A program made the position numbers and the translations under genes. Source: Thermodesulfobacteriota bacterium (GTDB lineage Bacteria > Desulfobacterota_D > UBA1144 > Nemesobacterales > Mycalebacteriaceae). From it: DNA of 64,000 bases. The stretch lies in the NCBI GenBank assembly GCA_965205855.1, contig OZ242184.1, positions 800,001 through 864,000 of the forward strand. The letters are read 5' to 3'. The notes beneath the pieces were generated by a model, which saw only the letters and a program-made list of their open reading frames with translations, searched no databases and was not told the origin of the DNA. Shown here piece by piece: positions 40,689 through 51,070 of the stretch (positions are counted from its first letter, which is position 1; every line of letters begins with the position of its first letter).

Positions 40689-41894
40689 TTACAAATCTGC
40701 TTTAACAAGACGGAAGCGACCAAACCCATACGCATAAAGAAAAACTAACAAACCGACCAGAGAAACAGCGGCAAGAGCCATGTACATACTAAAATAACCA
40801 AATTCCTGAGAGAGAATCCCCGATGCGAAAGTTCCCAACATCCCGCCGCAAGTAAAAGAAACGCTGCACAAAGCAAAAACTTTTGCCCTTGCCTCTTTTC
40901 CAGACTTTTCCATCGCGAGCAGATACAGAGACGGATAAGTAAAGCCGTGTGATACTCCAAAAAAGGCTCCCGCCGCCGCAACAAGGAGAGAAGACTGTGA
41001 AAACCCGAGAAGCAGAACAGACAAAAATGACAAAAACAAAAACGGCGGGCAGACGTATTTTATTCCATACTTATCCGGTATCCATCCCAGAAAAATTCTG
41101 ACAGTCAAAACTGCGGCGGTAAAACAGACAAAAAACAGATAAAATTCCTCAACTCCAACCGAACGCGCAGAAAGAGAAACAAATGAAAATTGTGAAAGAA
41201 AAACCCATCCTGATATGAAAAGCGTTACGGCTGCCACCGCAAGAGACTTTGGCAACAAAGGGAACAGCCCCGAACCGTTGTTGTGTGTGTCAGAGATTTT
41301 GGAATTCTCCGGTAGATTTTTTGACTCTCTTACAAACAGAGACAGAAAAGTCCCGATAAAAGACACGGCGGCGACAAAAATAAAAAGCGCTGAAAACCCG
41401 TCCGAATCAACAATGATTTTGCCGGCATATGGCGCAACGGCGTAGCCGAGAATTGTGAACATACCGTATATTCCCATCGCCTGAACCTTTTTACCCTCCG
41501 GAGTTATCTCCGTAATAAGAGTGCCTGCAGATGTAAAAAAAAGGGAAAAAGCCGCTCCTTGCAAGATTCTGAGCGCATAGATTTTCCAGCCAAGAGATTG
41601 AAGAAAAACAAATCCCGTACAAGCAAGAAAAAGAGCGGCAAAACCTATAATAATAAAGATTTTCCTCCGGTATTTGTCCGCCAGAATTCCGGACAGCGGA
41701 GTTAAAAAAAGTATGCCAACCCCGGAAAACCCCATTATAAAACCGACATCGGAATAGCTTCCCCCAAGTTCCTCTATTCGTAAAGGAAGGAGCAAAAAGG
41801 AATGAAAAACAAAAAAGAAAAGAGCACTCAAAAGGGTTGGAACAACAAAGTCAAATGTGAAAAAAAACGAATGTGAAAGGGTTTTGAGACTCAT
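40689..41894 (-). CDS. MFS transporter
   Basis: About 12 TM segments; motif A GILADKYRRK. Confidence 0.88.
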   Translation of the reverse strand: MSLKTLSHSFFFTFDFVVPTLLSALFFFVFHSFLLLPLRIEELGGSYSDVGFIMGFSGVGILFLTPLSGILADKYRRKIFIIIGFAALFLACTGFVFLQSLGWKIYALRILQGAAFSLFFTSAGTLITEITPEGKKVQAMGIYGMFTILGYAVAPYAGKIIVDSDGFSALFIFVAAVSFIGTFLSLFVRESKNLPENSKISDTHNNGSGLFPLLPKSLAVAAVTLFISGWVFLSQFSFVSLSARSVGVEEFYLFFVCFTAAVLTVRIFLGWIPDKYGIKYVCPPFLFLSFLSVLLLGFSQSSLLVAAAGAFFGVSHGFTYPSLYLLAMEKSGKEARAKVFALCSVSFTCGGMLGTFASGILSQEFGYFSMYMALAAVSLVGLLVFLYAYGFGRFRLVKADL

Positions 41895-41916
41895 TGAAAG
41901 AAAGATTCCCCCATGC

Positions 41917-43194
41917 TCATAAAGCCGAGAATTTTATTCGGCCCGCAACCACTGTGTGCTTTACCGCACCTTTCATATTCCATCCTCCAAACGGGGAGTT
42001 TTTCCCTTTTGAGTGAAAAGAACCGGTATCCAAAACGTATTCTTTCTTGGGGTCAAATATAACAATATCCGCAGGCGTGCCGGGCCGGAGCGTTCCTCCT
42101 CCGGTGTTTAGTATGGAAGCCGGAACGGTCGCCATTTTTGATATCATTTCGGAAAGACTTAAAACCCCTTCCCCCACAAGACGCAGGCAAAGAGGAAGAG
42201 CGGTTTCAAGACCGACTATTCCGAACGGAGCTCTGTCAAACTCAACATTTTTTTCATCATATGAATGAGGCGCATGGTCGGTTGCAATAGCGTCTATTGT
42301 TCCGTCCGCGAGCCCTTCTTTAATTGCCTCAATATCTTTTTCGGTCGATAGCGGAGGGTTCATTTTGGCATTTGTATTGTAGCCCTCCACCGCCTTATCC
42401 GACAGCGTAAAGTGGTGCGGCGTAGCTTCCGCCGTTACCTTGACGCCGTTTTTCTTCGCCTGCCTTATGGCCGAGACCGAACCTGAGGTTGAAACATGGG
42501 CTATATGGAGCGGCGTGCCCGTCATAGCACACAAAATTATGTCCCGTGAGACGCATATTTCCTCCGAGGCGGAGGGAATTCCCTTGAGTCCCATCATGTT
42601 TGACACATACCCTTCATTCATAACGCCGCCGTCGGAGAGAGAAATCTCTTCACAGTGGGATATGACCGGTATGCCAAACGGTTTCGCGTATTCCATGGCG
42701 CGTCTCATAACCCCGGAATCCGAAACGGGCATTCCGTCATCGGAAATTGCCACACAACCGGACTCGCACATTTCCCCTATGTTTGCTATTGACTCCCCTT
42801 TTTCACCCTTCGTAATCGCGCCAATTGGAAATACCCGCGCCATACCCTCGGTTCGAGCTTTCATAAGTATGTATTCGGTAACGGTCGCGTTATCGTTTAC
42901 AGGTTCGGTATTCGGCATACACGCGACGGAGGTAAACCCTCCAGCAACAGCACTTTTTGTGCCGGTTTTTATGGTTTCTTTGTGCTCAAAGCCGGGTTCG
43001 CGCAAGTGAACGTGCATATCAACAAAACCCGGAGCCACAACCAGCCCGCACGCGTCTATCACCTTAACGCCGGGAATTTTATCCGCAGATGGAGGAGGTT
43101 TTGATATTTTGCCCTTTTCAACAAAGAGACTCCCTTTTTTGTCGGTTCCAACCGAAGGGTCAACTATTCTGCCGCCTTTGATGAGGAACTTCAT
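41917..43194 (-). CDS. pyrC: Dihydroorotase
   Basis: DMHVHLREPG, MPNT, KMNPPL, ATDHAPH motifs. Confidence 0.96.
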   Translation of the reverse strand: MKFLIKGGRIVDPSVGTDKKGSLFVEKGKISKPPPSADKIPGVKVIDACGLVVAPGFVDMHVHLREPGFEHKETIKTGTKSAVAGGFTSVACMPNTEPVNDNATVTEYILMKARTEGMARVFPIGAITKGEKGESIANIGEMCESGCVAISDDGMPVSDSGVMRRAMEYAKPFGIPVISHCEEISLSDGGVMNEGYVSNMMGLKGIPSASEEICVSRDIILCAMTGTPLHIAHVSTSGSVSAIRQAKKNGVKVTAEATPHHFTLSDKAVEGYNTNAKMNPPLSTEKDIEAIKEGLADGTIDAIATDHAPHSYDEKNVEFDRAPFGIVGLETALPLCLRLVGEGVLSLSEMISKMATVPASILNTGGGTLRPGTPADIVIFDPKKEYVLDTGSFHSKGKNSPFGGWNMKGAVKHTVVAGRIKFSAL

Positions 43195-44147
43195 TTTTGT
43201 GTTTTTCCCGCCTTCTTTCTTGAACATAAAAGATACAAAATTGCCATCCTGACCGATATGCCGTTAGCAACCTGATTGAGTATCATTGAACCCGGTCCGT
43301 AGGCAATTTCCGAAGTCATCTCAATTGTCCTGTTCAGGGGCCCCGGATGCATAACCGTCAACCCCGAAGACGCAAGTTTTACACGCTCTTCGGTAAGTCC
43401 GAAAAATTTAAAATACTCTCTGAGCGACGGGAAGTAGCGTTTGCTGTTTCTTTCCGTCTGAACCCTGAGCATTATCACCACATCCACACCGGGCAAGGCG
43501 TCTTCCATTGAATGGTAAATCTGAACCCCAAGTTTGGAGAAATGCTCAGGCACCAGGGAGCATGGACCCACAATTCCAACGTGCGCGCCCAGTTTCAAAA
43601 GAGCGCGCATATCCGACCGCGCGACCCTGCTGTTTAAAATATCACCCGCTATAAGAACTTTAAGGCCCTCTATGCGCCCTTTCGCCTGTTTTATTGTCAG
43701 AAGGTCAAGAAGAGCCTGACTCGGATGCTCGTTTGAACCGTCTCCGGCGTTGACTATTGATATGTCCGTTTGTTTCGCAAGCAGACTCGGAGCTCCGGAC
43801 ATTGGATGCCTGATTATTATCGCCTCGGCTCCCATTGCTTCAAGATTTTTTACGGTGTCCAGAAGGTTTTCACCTTTTGCAATACTGCTCTGCGAGACGC
43901 TGAAGTTGAGAATATCGGCACTAAGCCTTTTTTCAGCGATTTCAAAAGACGCTTTTGTGCGGGTGCTGGGTTCAAAAAAAAGGTTTGCGATTGTAATGCC
44001 CTTGAGAGCCGGAACCTTTTTGATTTTTCTGTCAGTAGCTTCCTTCATTGAAGAAGCCGTTTCAAGAATCAGATTTATATCTTCCTTTGTAAGATCCGAG
44101 ATTCCTATCAAATCTTTTTTTTCAAACTCTTTCATGCCATTTTTCAC
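43191..44147 (-). CDS. pyrB: Aspartate carbamoyltransferase
   Basis: FFEPSTRT, NAGDG..EHPSQALLD, MHPGP motifs. Confidence 0.96.
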   Translation of the reverse strand: MKNGMKEFEKKDLIGISDLTKEDINLILETASSMKEATDRKIKKVPALKGITIANLFFEPSTRTKASFEIAEKRLSADILNFSVSQSSIAKGENLLDTVKNLEAMGAEAIIIRHPMSGAPSLLAKQTDISIVNAGDGSNEHPSQALLDLLTIKQAKGRIEGLKVLIAGDILNSRVARSDMRALLKLGAHVGIVGPCSLVPEHFSKLGVQIYHSMEDALPGVDVVIMLRVQTERNSKRYFPSLREYFKFFGLTEERVKLASSGLTVMHPGPLNRTIEMTSEIAYGPGSMILNQVANGISVRMAILYLLCSRKKAGKTQK

Positions 44148-44719
44148 AAGCGCCCTTTTCCCCGTAGAAAAACCCCTTCCTCCGCTTCATTCCTCCCGCC
44201 GTTCATAACAAGAACAACTCTGCGGTTTTTCCCCGCTTTGACCTTGAGGGCACAATAGTCCGGATGTATGGGAAATTCCCTGTTCCCTATGTCCGCAATA
44301 ACGGCAAGCGCAATACGGTCGGGCCTTCCGTAGTCTGTTACAGCTTCAATAGCCGCGCGTGCCGTTCTTCCCGTAAAAATAACATCATCCACGACCAGAA
44401 CATTCATCCCTTCAACACTGAAAGGCATCTCGGTCTCTTTCACTTCAGGCCATTTCCGCCCACCGTGTCCGAGGTCGTCTCTGTAGAGCGTTATATCAAG
44501 AAAACCCAGAGGCACGGGCTTTCCCGTTATTTTAGACAAAAAAACCGCCATCCGCCGCGCGATAGCCTCTCCCATTGTTTTGATACCGACAATGCAAATT
44601 CCATTTGCGGTCTTCCAATCCATATCGCTTGCCACACGGCGCGATATATCCATTATTGAATCATTCAGGGCACGCGCGTCCATAAGTGTTTCTACGGTTT
44701 TGCCTGCTTGTCTGCCCAT
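44144..44719 (-). CDS. pyrR: PyrR regulator / uracil phosphoribosyltransferase
   Basis: LDITLYRDD, VVDDVIFTGRT, REFPIHPD motifs. Confidence 0.93.
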   Translation of the reverse strand: MGRQAGKTVETLMDARALNDSIMDISRRVASDMDWKTANGICIVGIKTMGEAIARRMAVFLSKITGKPVPLGFLDITLYRDDLGHGGRKWPEVKETEMPFSVEGMNVLVVDDVIFTGRTARAAIEAVTDYGRPDRIALAVIADIGNREFPIHPDYCALKVKAGKNRRVVLVMNGGRNEAEEGVFLRGKGRL

Positions 44720-45465
44720 TATCTGATCTCCGAAAAAATCCTCTTCCACCTGACTTGAGGAATCAGGGAGTCTTTGAATTGCCATGACCAGTGTATCATC
44801 ACAGCTTTGCCGACAACATTCTTTCCGGCAATTACTCCCCACACACGGCTGTCATGGCTGTTGTCGCGGTTGTCTCCCATAAGAAAAATGTGTCCTTCGG
44901 GCACCTTTAAAGGATATGAAATATCCCCTTTGTATGTTGAGTAACGACCTTTTTTGTACAGTATGTTGACGTTGTTATTTCCAAATCTCTGCACATATCT
45001 TTCCATCAGAGTGTCTTTATCTCCCGGATAGGGTCCTGCGTAAGTTTGCAAAACTTCATTTCCGTTAATAAGAATACTCCTTCCGCGTATCTGAACCGTG
45101 TCCCCGCCAACAGCAACCACTCTTTTTATAAAATAATTTTTTCCTGCGTTGTCCGAAGTCCCCAGTTTTCTTTTAAAGACCACAACATCTCCCCTGTCAA
45201 TCGCCGTTGTGCCGAAAAGAAACGTATCGGAGAAAGGAATCCTGACCCCGTAGGAGAATTTTTTCACAATTATGTAATCACCGATAAGAAGAGTCGGCTT
45301 CATTGAAGATGAGGGAATTTTAAAGGGTTGAACAATAAAAGCGCGGACGAAAAAAGCAAGAAAAAGAGCCAGAAGAACGGATTCCAGATTTTGTCTTAAC
45401 GGTATCTTGGAAGATCCGCTCCTTTTGCCGAGAAAAAAGTTAAACATTGAAAACGGTTGCGTCAA
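44719..45465 (-). CDS. lepB: Signal peptidase I
   Basis: IPSSSMKPTL, FIKRVVA, MGDNRDNSHDSR motifs. Confidence 0.95.
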   Translation of the reverse strand: MTQPFSMFNFFLGKRSGSSKIPLRQNLESVLLALFLAFFVRAFIVQPFKIPSSSMKPTLLIGDYIIVKKFSYGVRIPFSDTFLFGTTAIDRGDVVVFKRKLGTSDNAGKNYFIKRVVAVGGDTVQIRGRSILINGNEVLQTYAGPYPGDKDTLMERYVQRFGNNNVNILYKKGRYSTYKGDISYPLKVPEGHIFLMGDNRDNSHDSRVWGVIAGKNVVGKAVMIHWSWQFKDSLIPQVRWKRIFSEIR

Positions 45466-45497
45466 ACCTGAGTCCTATTATAGACACGTGAGCAAAA

Positions 45498-47660
45498 CTA
45501 TTCAAATACCCTGCCGCACCTTTCCACAAGCACAACCCCTTCAAGTACAGACAGGGAATCCATAATTTTTTCAAGATGTGCAATGTTCCTAAGTTTCAAA
45601 AGGAAACTGTATTTTTTGCCTTCCTCAAATTTTTCGGTCTTGTTTTTCACAATGTCGGCTTTGAGAGAGCCAATTGTTTTAACAATTGAAGAGAGCACTT
45701 CCTCACTGTCATTGCAAAGCACGTAGATTCCCGTGGATGACTTTCCCCTCAACCCTTTGCGCCACTCAACCGGCACAATTGTCTCGCTGTTTATCTCATC
45801 GCTCATATAGCAGGTTTCCGAGTGAACAACCACTCCGCTGCCGCGTGTTGCATACCCCACTATCGGTTCTCCGGGAACGGGAAGACAGCAATTGGAAAAA
45901 CGTGCTATCACGGTTTTATTTCCGGCAATTATCTTTTTCCTGCTCTCAGGGTCCGTCACCTTATCAAGTATCTTCTCTATTCTCCCCATTTTTTCGGCCC
46001 CGATTCCGGAAGCCGGGTCAATAAGTTTCTGCAAAGCCGTTACCGATACGCGGCCGAAACCAACCATTCGGAAAAAATCCTCCGGATCCGGAAAGCCGAG
46101 TTTTAAAAGCGGTTTCTTGAGTTGTCCGGAGTCCAAAATTGATTTCAGGTTTTTTCCCTCAGAAGAAAAGCGCCTCTCGCATATCGCACGCCCTATTTCC
46201 AGAGATTTTTCCCTGCGTATTCTGGATAGGGATTTCCTTATCTTGCTTTTCGCTTCGGTGGTAACAACGGTGGTAAGCCATTTCTCAGAAGGAAAAGAGT
46301 CTTTGGAGACTTTTATTTCAACCACATCTCCGGTTTTGAGCGGATTGTCCAGGGGAACAGACTTTCTGTTAACAACCGCTTCGCAACATTTGTCACCGAT
46401 TTCCGTGTGAATTCGGTAGGCAAAATCCACCGGCGTTGAGCCGACCGGAAGCTCAACAAGCTCGGCTTTGGGCGTGTAAACATAGATAACGCTCGGATTA
46501 AGCTCGGTTTTAAGCGATTCCATAAAACCCGCGGGAAAAACCGAGTATTCCTCTTCGGCAATCTCACCTATTCTCGTGAACCTGCGGAGTATCTCGGTTT
46601 CCGCCGTACGGGTGTCGTTGGCATGCTTGTAATACCAATGAGCCGCCATTCCGTTTTGCGCGAACTCATGCATCCGCAACGTTCTTATCTGGAATTCCAT
46701 CTGGTCTCCGTCCGGCGACATGACGGTTGTGTGAATGGACTTATAGCCGTTGCTCTTCGGAAGCGCTATGTAGTCCTTTATTCTTCCGGGAACCGGATTC
46801 CACAAGACATGAATTTTCCCCAGAACCAGATAACAGTCACTTTCCGATTTCGTTATGACGCGAAGCGCGATTATGTCGTGCAGTTCATCAAGGTCCAGAT
46901 TCTGCCATTTCATTTTTCCGTATATGCTGTAAAAACTCTTCACTCTACCGAAAACCTCACACCGGAGCCCGGCTTCATCAAGCAGGAAATTTTCCAGTTT
47001 TGTCTTTGCCTCATCTATCTTTTTTTCGTACTTGCCTCTTCCTTTTTTCAATTTCTGTTTGATTTTTCTGTATTCACGCGGGTTCAGAAATTTGAAGGCA
47101 AGGTCTTCAAGTTCGGAGGCGAGCCATCCTATCCCAAGCCTGTGAGCAACCGGGGCATAGATGTGCAAGGTCTCTTTTGATATTTTTCTGCGCCTGTCCT
47201 CATCTAAAAACTCAAGGGTTCTCATATTGTGAAGCCGGTCCGCGAGTTTGATGAAAACAACCCTCACATCCTTGGCGGTCGCAAGTATCAGTTTCTTAAA
47301 ATTCTCGTCCCGCCGTGCCGAAGGATTCAGGTTTGAGAGTTTGCCAACCTTTGTAGCTCCGTCCACAAGAAAAGAGATTTCCTTGCCGAACACACTTTCT
47401 ATGTCATTCAAAGTCGCAAGCGTGTCTTCAACGGTATCATGAAGAAGCCCGGTCGCTATTGTGCTTGGGTCAAGCCCAAGTTCCGCAAGTATGAGCGAGA
47501 CCTCAAGCGGGTGGCTTAAATACGGTTCGCCCGAAGACCTTCTCTGTCCGGCATGAACCTTGGCGGAATAAACATAGGCCTTGTTTATAAGGTTGGTGTC
47601 AAAATCAGAAAGCGGGGCAAACTCTCTGGCTTTATCAAGAATATCGTTAAGTCTTATCAT
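45498..47660 (-). CDS. Bifunctional (p)ppGpp synthetase/hydrolase (long RelA/SpoT homolog)
   Basis: HD motif LLHDTVEDT, KLADRLHNMRTL, NGYKSIHT, EFQIRT; TGS and ACT regions. Confidence 0.93.
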   Translation of the reverse strand: MIRLNDILDKAREFAPLSDFDTNLINKAYVYSAKVHAGQRRSSGEPYLSHPLEVSLILAELGLDPSTIATGLLHDTVEDTLATLNDIESVFGKEISFLVDGATKVGKLSNLNPSARRDENFKKLILATAKDVRVVFIKLADRLHNMRTLEFLDEDRRRKISKETLHIYAPVAHRLGIGWLASELEDLAFKFLNPREYRKIKQKLKKGRGKYEKKIDEAKTKLENFLLDEAGLRCEVFGRVKSFYSIYGKMKWQNLDLDELHDIIALRVITKSESDCYLVLGKIHVLWNPVPGRIKDYIALPKSNGYKSIHTTVMSPDGDQMEFQIRTLRMHEFAQNGMAAHWYYKHANDTRTAETEILRRFTRIGEIAEEEYSVFPAGFMESLKTELNPSVIYVYTPKAELVELPVGSTPVDFAYRIHTEIGDKCCEAVVNRKSVPLDNPLKTGDVVEIKVSKDSFPSEKWLTTVVTTEAKSKIRKSLSRIRREKSLEIGRAICERRFSSEGKNLKSILDSGQLKKPLLKLGFPDPEDFFRMVGFGRVSVTALQKLIDPASGIGAEKMGRIEKILDKVTDPESRKKIIAGNKTVIARFSNCCLPVPGEPIVGYATRGSGVVVHSETCYMSDEINSETIVPVEWRKGLRGKSSTGIYVLCNDSEEVLSSIVKTIGSLKADIVKNKTEKFEEGKKYSFLLKLRNIAHLEKIMDSLSVLEGVVLVERCGRVFE

Positions 47661-48295
47661 AAGGTCTTGCGGCGTCTGGCAACATCTTTCCAATTACCTG
47701 AATACGCGGCTTTTATATTTTCTATCCTTTGCTTTCGGGTTCTGAACATCTTTATCACGGACTCAATTTCTGCCAGCGAGTCTCCAAGCTTGCCGTTGAC
47801 AATCACATAGTCGTATCTGTCAATTACCGAAATCTCCTCTTTCAGCGAAAGAAGCCTCCGCTGGATGCTTTTGTTGTTCTCGGTATTCCTTCTTCTGAGT
47901 CTTTCGTGAAGGTCGTCAATTGTCGGCGGAGTAACAAATATGAGAATGGCGTCCGGGAACTGCTTTTTGATGTTGTCCGCTCCTTCAACATTAACATCCA
48001 GCACTATGTCGGCGGAGTTACTGTCTTTGGACAATGCCTTCTCTATCTGACACCGCGGAGTTCCATAGCGGTTTCCGTGAACCACGGCCCATTCGGCAAA
48101 GTAGTCCTGTTTCACGCGACGGGTGAACTCTTCATCTTCAACAAATTCATAGTCAGACAAGTCGCCCTTGTCTTCCGGCCGCCTAGGACGGGTCGTGCAG
48201 GAAATTGAAAACTCCATATTCGGCATCACCTTGCACACATGCTTGACAAGTGTTGTCTTGCCGCTCGCCGAAGGTCCGGAAATTACAAATACCAT
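47657..48295 (-). CDS. gmk: Guanylate kinase
   Basis: GPSASGKTT, SCTTRPRR, GNRYGT motifs. Confidence 0.95.
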   Translation of the reverse strand: MVFVISGPSASGKTTLVKHVCKVMPNMEFSISCTTRPRRPEDKGDLSDYEFVEDEEFTRRVKQDYFAEWAVVHGNRYGTPRCQIEKALSKDSNSADIVLDVNVEGADNIKKQFPDAILIFVTPPTIDDLHERLRRRNTENNKSIQRRLLSLKEEISVIDRYDYVIVNGKLGDSLAEIESVIKMFRTRKQRIENIKAAYSGNWKDVARRRKTL

Positions 48296-48327
48296 GACGG
48301 TGGATTATACAGAAAACGGGAAAAAAC

Positions 48328-49002
48328 TTAAAAAGAAACCAAGGTCTCCGCATCAATCTCAAGAGCGGATTCCACTATAAGGTCAGCCTGGGACAAAGAG
48401 CCACGCGGGTACGAGTTTGTAACGGCAATACATTTCATTCCCGCCGCCTTTGCCGCTGCTATTCCGGGCGGGGAGTCCTCTATTGCGACGCACTGCCCCG
48501 CTTGTATGTGCAGATGAGTTCGCTCTTCATTTACTCCCTGTAAGGCGCGAAGAAATATCTCTGGGTTGGGTTTGCATTTTGAGCAATCTTCGGCGGCCGC
48601 CACAAAGGAAAAGAAATCAAGAAGCCCATCGCGGGAAAGAACGGACTCTATCTCTTCCCTCAGTGCCCCAGATGCGATGGCAAGAGAAAAATCTCCCGCG
48701 AGACCGCGTATTAGATTCTCAATGCCTGCAAAAAAAGCGCATTTCCGTATGGCGGAGGAAACGGCAAGCGATTTTTCGCGCACGAGTTCTGCAACGGCTT
48801 CCTCGGAGGAATCCAGATTGTTTTCCCGAAGCAGAACCGTAAAAAGAGTTTTATCATCAAACGCGAGGTATTTTGAGTAGTAATCCTGTTCGGAAATCTC
48901 AATTCTCACTGGGGCGAGAACTTGCCTGAAAGCCCTCAAATGAACGGTTTCAGTGTCGGCGATAACGCCGTCAAAATCAAATATCACAACTTTTATCGCC
49001 AT
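48328..49002 (-). CDS. HAD-superfamily phosphatase
   Basis: FDFDGVIADT, KPNP, IEDSPPG motifs. Confidence 0.9.
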   Translation of the reverse strand: MAIKVVIFDFDGVIADTETVHLRAFRQVLAPVRIEISEQDYYSKYLAFDDKTLFTVLLRENNLDSSEEAVAELVREKSLAVSSAIRKCAFFAGIENLIRGLAGDFSLAIASGALREEIESVLSRDGLLDFFSFVAAAEDCSKCKPNPEIFLRALQGVNEERTHLHIQAGQCVAIEDSPPGIAAAKAAGMKCIAVTNSYPRGSLSQADLIVESALEIDAETLVSF

Positions 49003-49061
49003 TGTCCTACCAGAGCAAGGTGTGATATTATAAAGGATATTTTAAAACAGAGGTTGACCGG

Positions 49062-49397
49062 ATGAGTTATTACAAGCCCGAAGATTTAAAAAAATTTGCC
49101 GAAGTCGGAAATTTTGCAAAGGATTTGATGGATAAATTCTTTGACTACTACAACGCCGCCGTATCGGAGGAAGGATCTCTGACAAAGCGCGAGAAATCCC
49201 TGATTGCCCTTGCCGTAGCGCACTCAAAACAGTGCCCTTACTGCATAGACGCTTATACGAGCAAATGCATTGAGGCCGGAGCGGATCCGGAAGAAATGAC
49301 CGAAGCCGTTCATATAGCCGCGTCAATAGAAGCCGGAATAAAACTTATTTACGCCGTACAGATGAGAAACGCTATGAAAAAAAACGGCGCCATTTAA
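49062..49397 (+). CDS. AhpD/CMD-like protein (arsenosugar-associated peroxidase-like family)
   Basis: REKSLIALAVAH..QCPYCIDAY; adjacent to ArsS-like gene. Confidence 0.85.
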   Translation: MSYYKPEDLKKFAEVGNFAKDLMDKFFDYYNAAVSEEGSLTKREKSLIALAVAHSKQCPYCIDAYTSKCIEAGADPEEMTEAVHIAASIEAGIKLIYAVQMRNAMKKNGAI

Positions 49398-49423
49398 GCC
49401 GCTGTGCGCGAGCAACCTGTCTT

Positions 49424-50440
49424 ATGGAAAAAAAAATAGATTTCAGCAGCTTCATCAAAGAACGGGGAGTCAACATAACCCCTCTTTCACTCAAAACTCT
49501 TCAGGTCAATATAACAAGACTGTGCAATCAGACTTGTGTTCATTGCCATGTTGACGCTTCCCCGAAAAGAACTGAGCAGATGAGCATGGAGACCGTCAAT
49601 CGCTGTCTGGAAATCCTTGAGCAATGCGATGAAATTGAAACACTTGACATTACGGGCGGAGCTCCCGAACTCAATCCGCATTTTGACTATTTTGTGGAGA
49701 ATGCCTCCAAGCTTAAGAAGCGTTTAATAGTCCGGCACAACCTCACTGTTACAATTGACGGAAATCCGGTTACCGGAGAGAGCAAAGAGTATCTTCCGGA
49801 GTTTTTTGCGAAACACCGCGTGGAGGTTGTCTCGTCTCTTCCCCATTACTCGGAGTATTTTACTGACAGACAGAGAGGCAAGGGAGTTTTTGAAAAAAGC
49901 ATCCGCGCCGCTCTTTTGTTGAACAGGCAGGGATACGGCATGGAAGAAAGCGGGCTTGTTCTCAACTTTGTTTACAATCCGCCCGGAGAATACTTCGCTT
50001 CCGACCAGAAAAGTCTTGAAAAAATTTTCAAAGAGAAGTTGAGAACGAAATACGGCATTGAGTTCAACAACCTTCATTCCATCATAAACATGCCGATTAA
50101 CAGGTTCCGCAGGCAGCTGATAAGAGAGAGAAAATATGCGGATTATATGGACAAACTTGTCTCAGCTTTCAATCCCGCCGCCGCGGAAGGAGTAATGTGC
50201 AGAAATATGATAAGCGTTGACTATAACGGGGCGCTTTATGATTGCGACTTCAACCAGATGTTGAACATGTCCGTCCGTCTTACAAGCACAGACAAACCGA
50301 CAATTTTCAACTCTTCTCCCGACCGGATAATGAAACGCAACATCAGTTTTGCAAACCACTGTTTCGGTTGCACCGCTGGAGGGGGAAGCAGTTGCGGAGG
50401 GGAGACCGCCTCCGAAGAAAGGACGCCGCAAACAAAATGA
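49424..50440 (+). CDS. arsS: ArsS-like radical SAM enzyme (Cys-rich/DUF3641 C-terminus)
   Basis: CNQTCVHCHV, LDITGGAPEL, YDCDFNQML, HCFGCTAGGGSSCGG motifs. Confidence 0.82.
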   Translation: MEKKIDFSSFIKERGVNITPLSLKTLQVNITRLCNQTCVHCHVDASPKRTEQMSMETVNRCLEILEQCDEIETLDITGGAPELNPHFDYFVENASKLKKRLIVRHNLTVTIDGNPVTGESKEYLPEFFAKHRVEVVSSLPHYSEYFTDRQRGKGVFEKSIRAALLLNRQGYGMEESGLVLNFVYNPPGEYFASDQKSLEKIFKEKLRTKYGIEFNNLHSIINMPINRFRRQLIRERKYADYMDKLVSAFNPAAAEGVMCRNMISVDYNGALYDCDFNQMLNMSVRLTSTDKPTIFNSSPDRIMKRNISFANHCFGCTAGGGSSCGGETASEERTPQTK

Positions 50441-51063
50441 ACACGGTCGCGGTTTTCCTCAAATATCCCTCTCCGGGAAATGTAAAAACCCGAATGGCAA
50501 AAGACCTTGGCCAAGAGCGCGCCGCACAGATATATTCGGCGATGGCCAAAATGGTCCTTTCCACGGCCGGAGGCGTCGGGCATTCACTTTGCGTATTTTA
50601 CGACCCGCCGCAAATGGAAAAGGAAACCAGAGAATGGCTCGGTCGTGATTTCAAGGGACGGCTTCTGCCTCAGAGGGGGCAATCTCTCGGAGAAAAAATA
50701 CCTCACGCAATTGAAGACTGCATATGTTTCGGAAGCGGAAAAGTGGTGGTCATCGGAACCGATTGCGTGGAAATAACCCCGGAAATATTAAAAGATTCTT
50801 TCAAACGCCTTGATGAAACAGACACCGTAATAGGCCCGTGCGAGGACGGCGGCTACTATTTGATAGGACTGAAACGCAACCACAAGGAAATTTTCCGGGG
50901 AGTAGACTGGAGCACAAACAAGGTAACGGCTCAGACACTTGAAAAAATACTAAAATTGCCACTCAAAGTGAGCATACTCGACACACTGCGCGATATTGAC
51001 TTCGCAGAAGACCTGGATGGAAAAACCTTGAACAGAATTGAAAGCGCAAATTTCAAAACCTGA
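50437..51063 (+). CDS. DUF2064 / CofC-like glycosyltransferase (rSAM-associated)
   Basis: KYPSPGNVKTRM, IGTDC, GPCEDGGYYLIG, LRDID motifs; ATGA overlap with arsS. Confidence 0.85.
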   Translation: MNTVAVFLKYPSPGNVKTRMAKDLGQERAAQIYSAMAKMVLSTAGGVGHSLCVFYDPPQMEKETREWLGRDFKGRLLPQRGQSLGEKIPHAIEDCICFGSGKVVVIGTDCVEITPEILKDSFKRLDETDTVIGPCEDGGYYLIGLKRNHKEIFRGVDWSTNKVTAQTLEKILKLPLKVSILDTLRDIDFAEDLDGKTLNRIESANFKT

Positions 51064-51070
51064 AAAGAAG

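Noticed and set aside
44720-44842. PyrR attenuator leader
   Set aside because: pyrR abuts lepB, so there is no non-coding leader.
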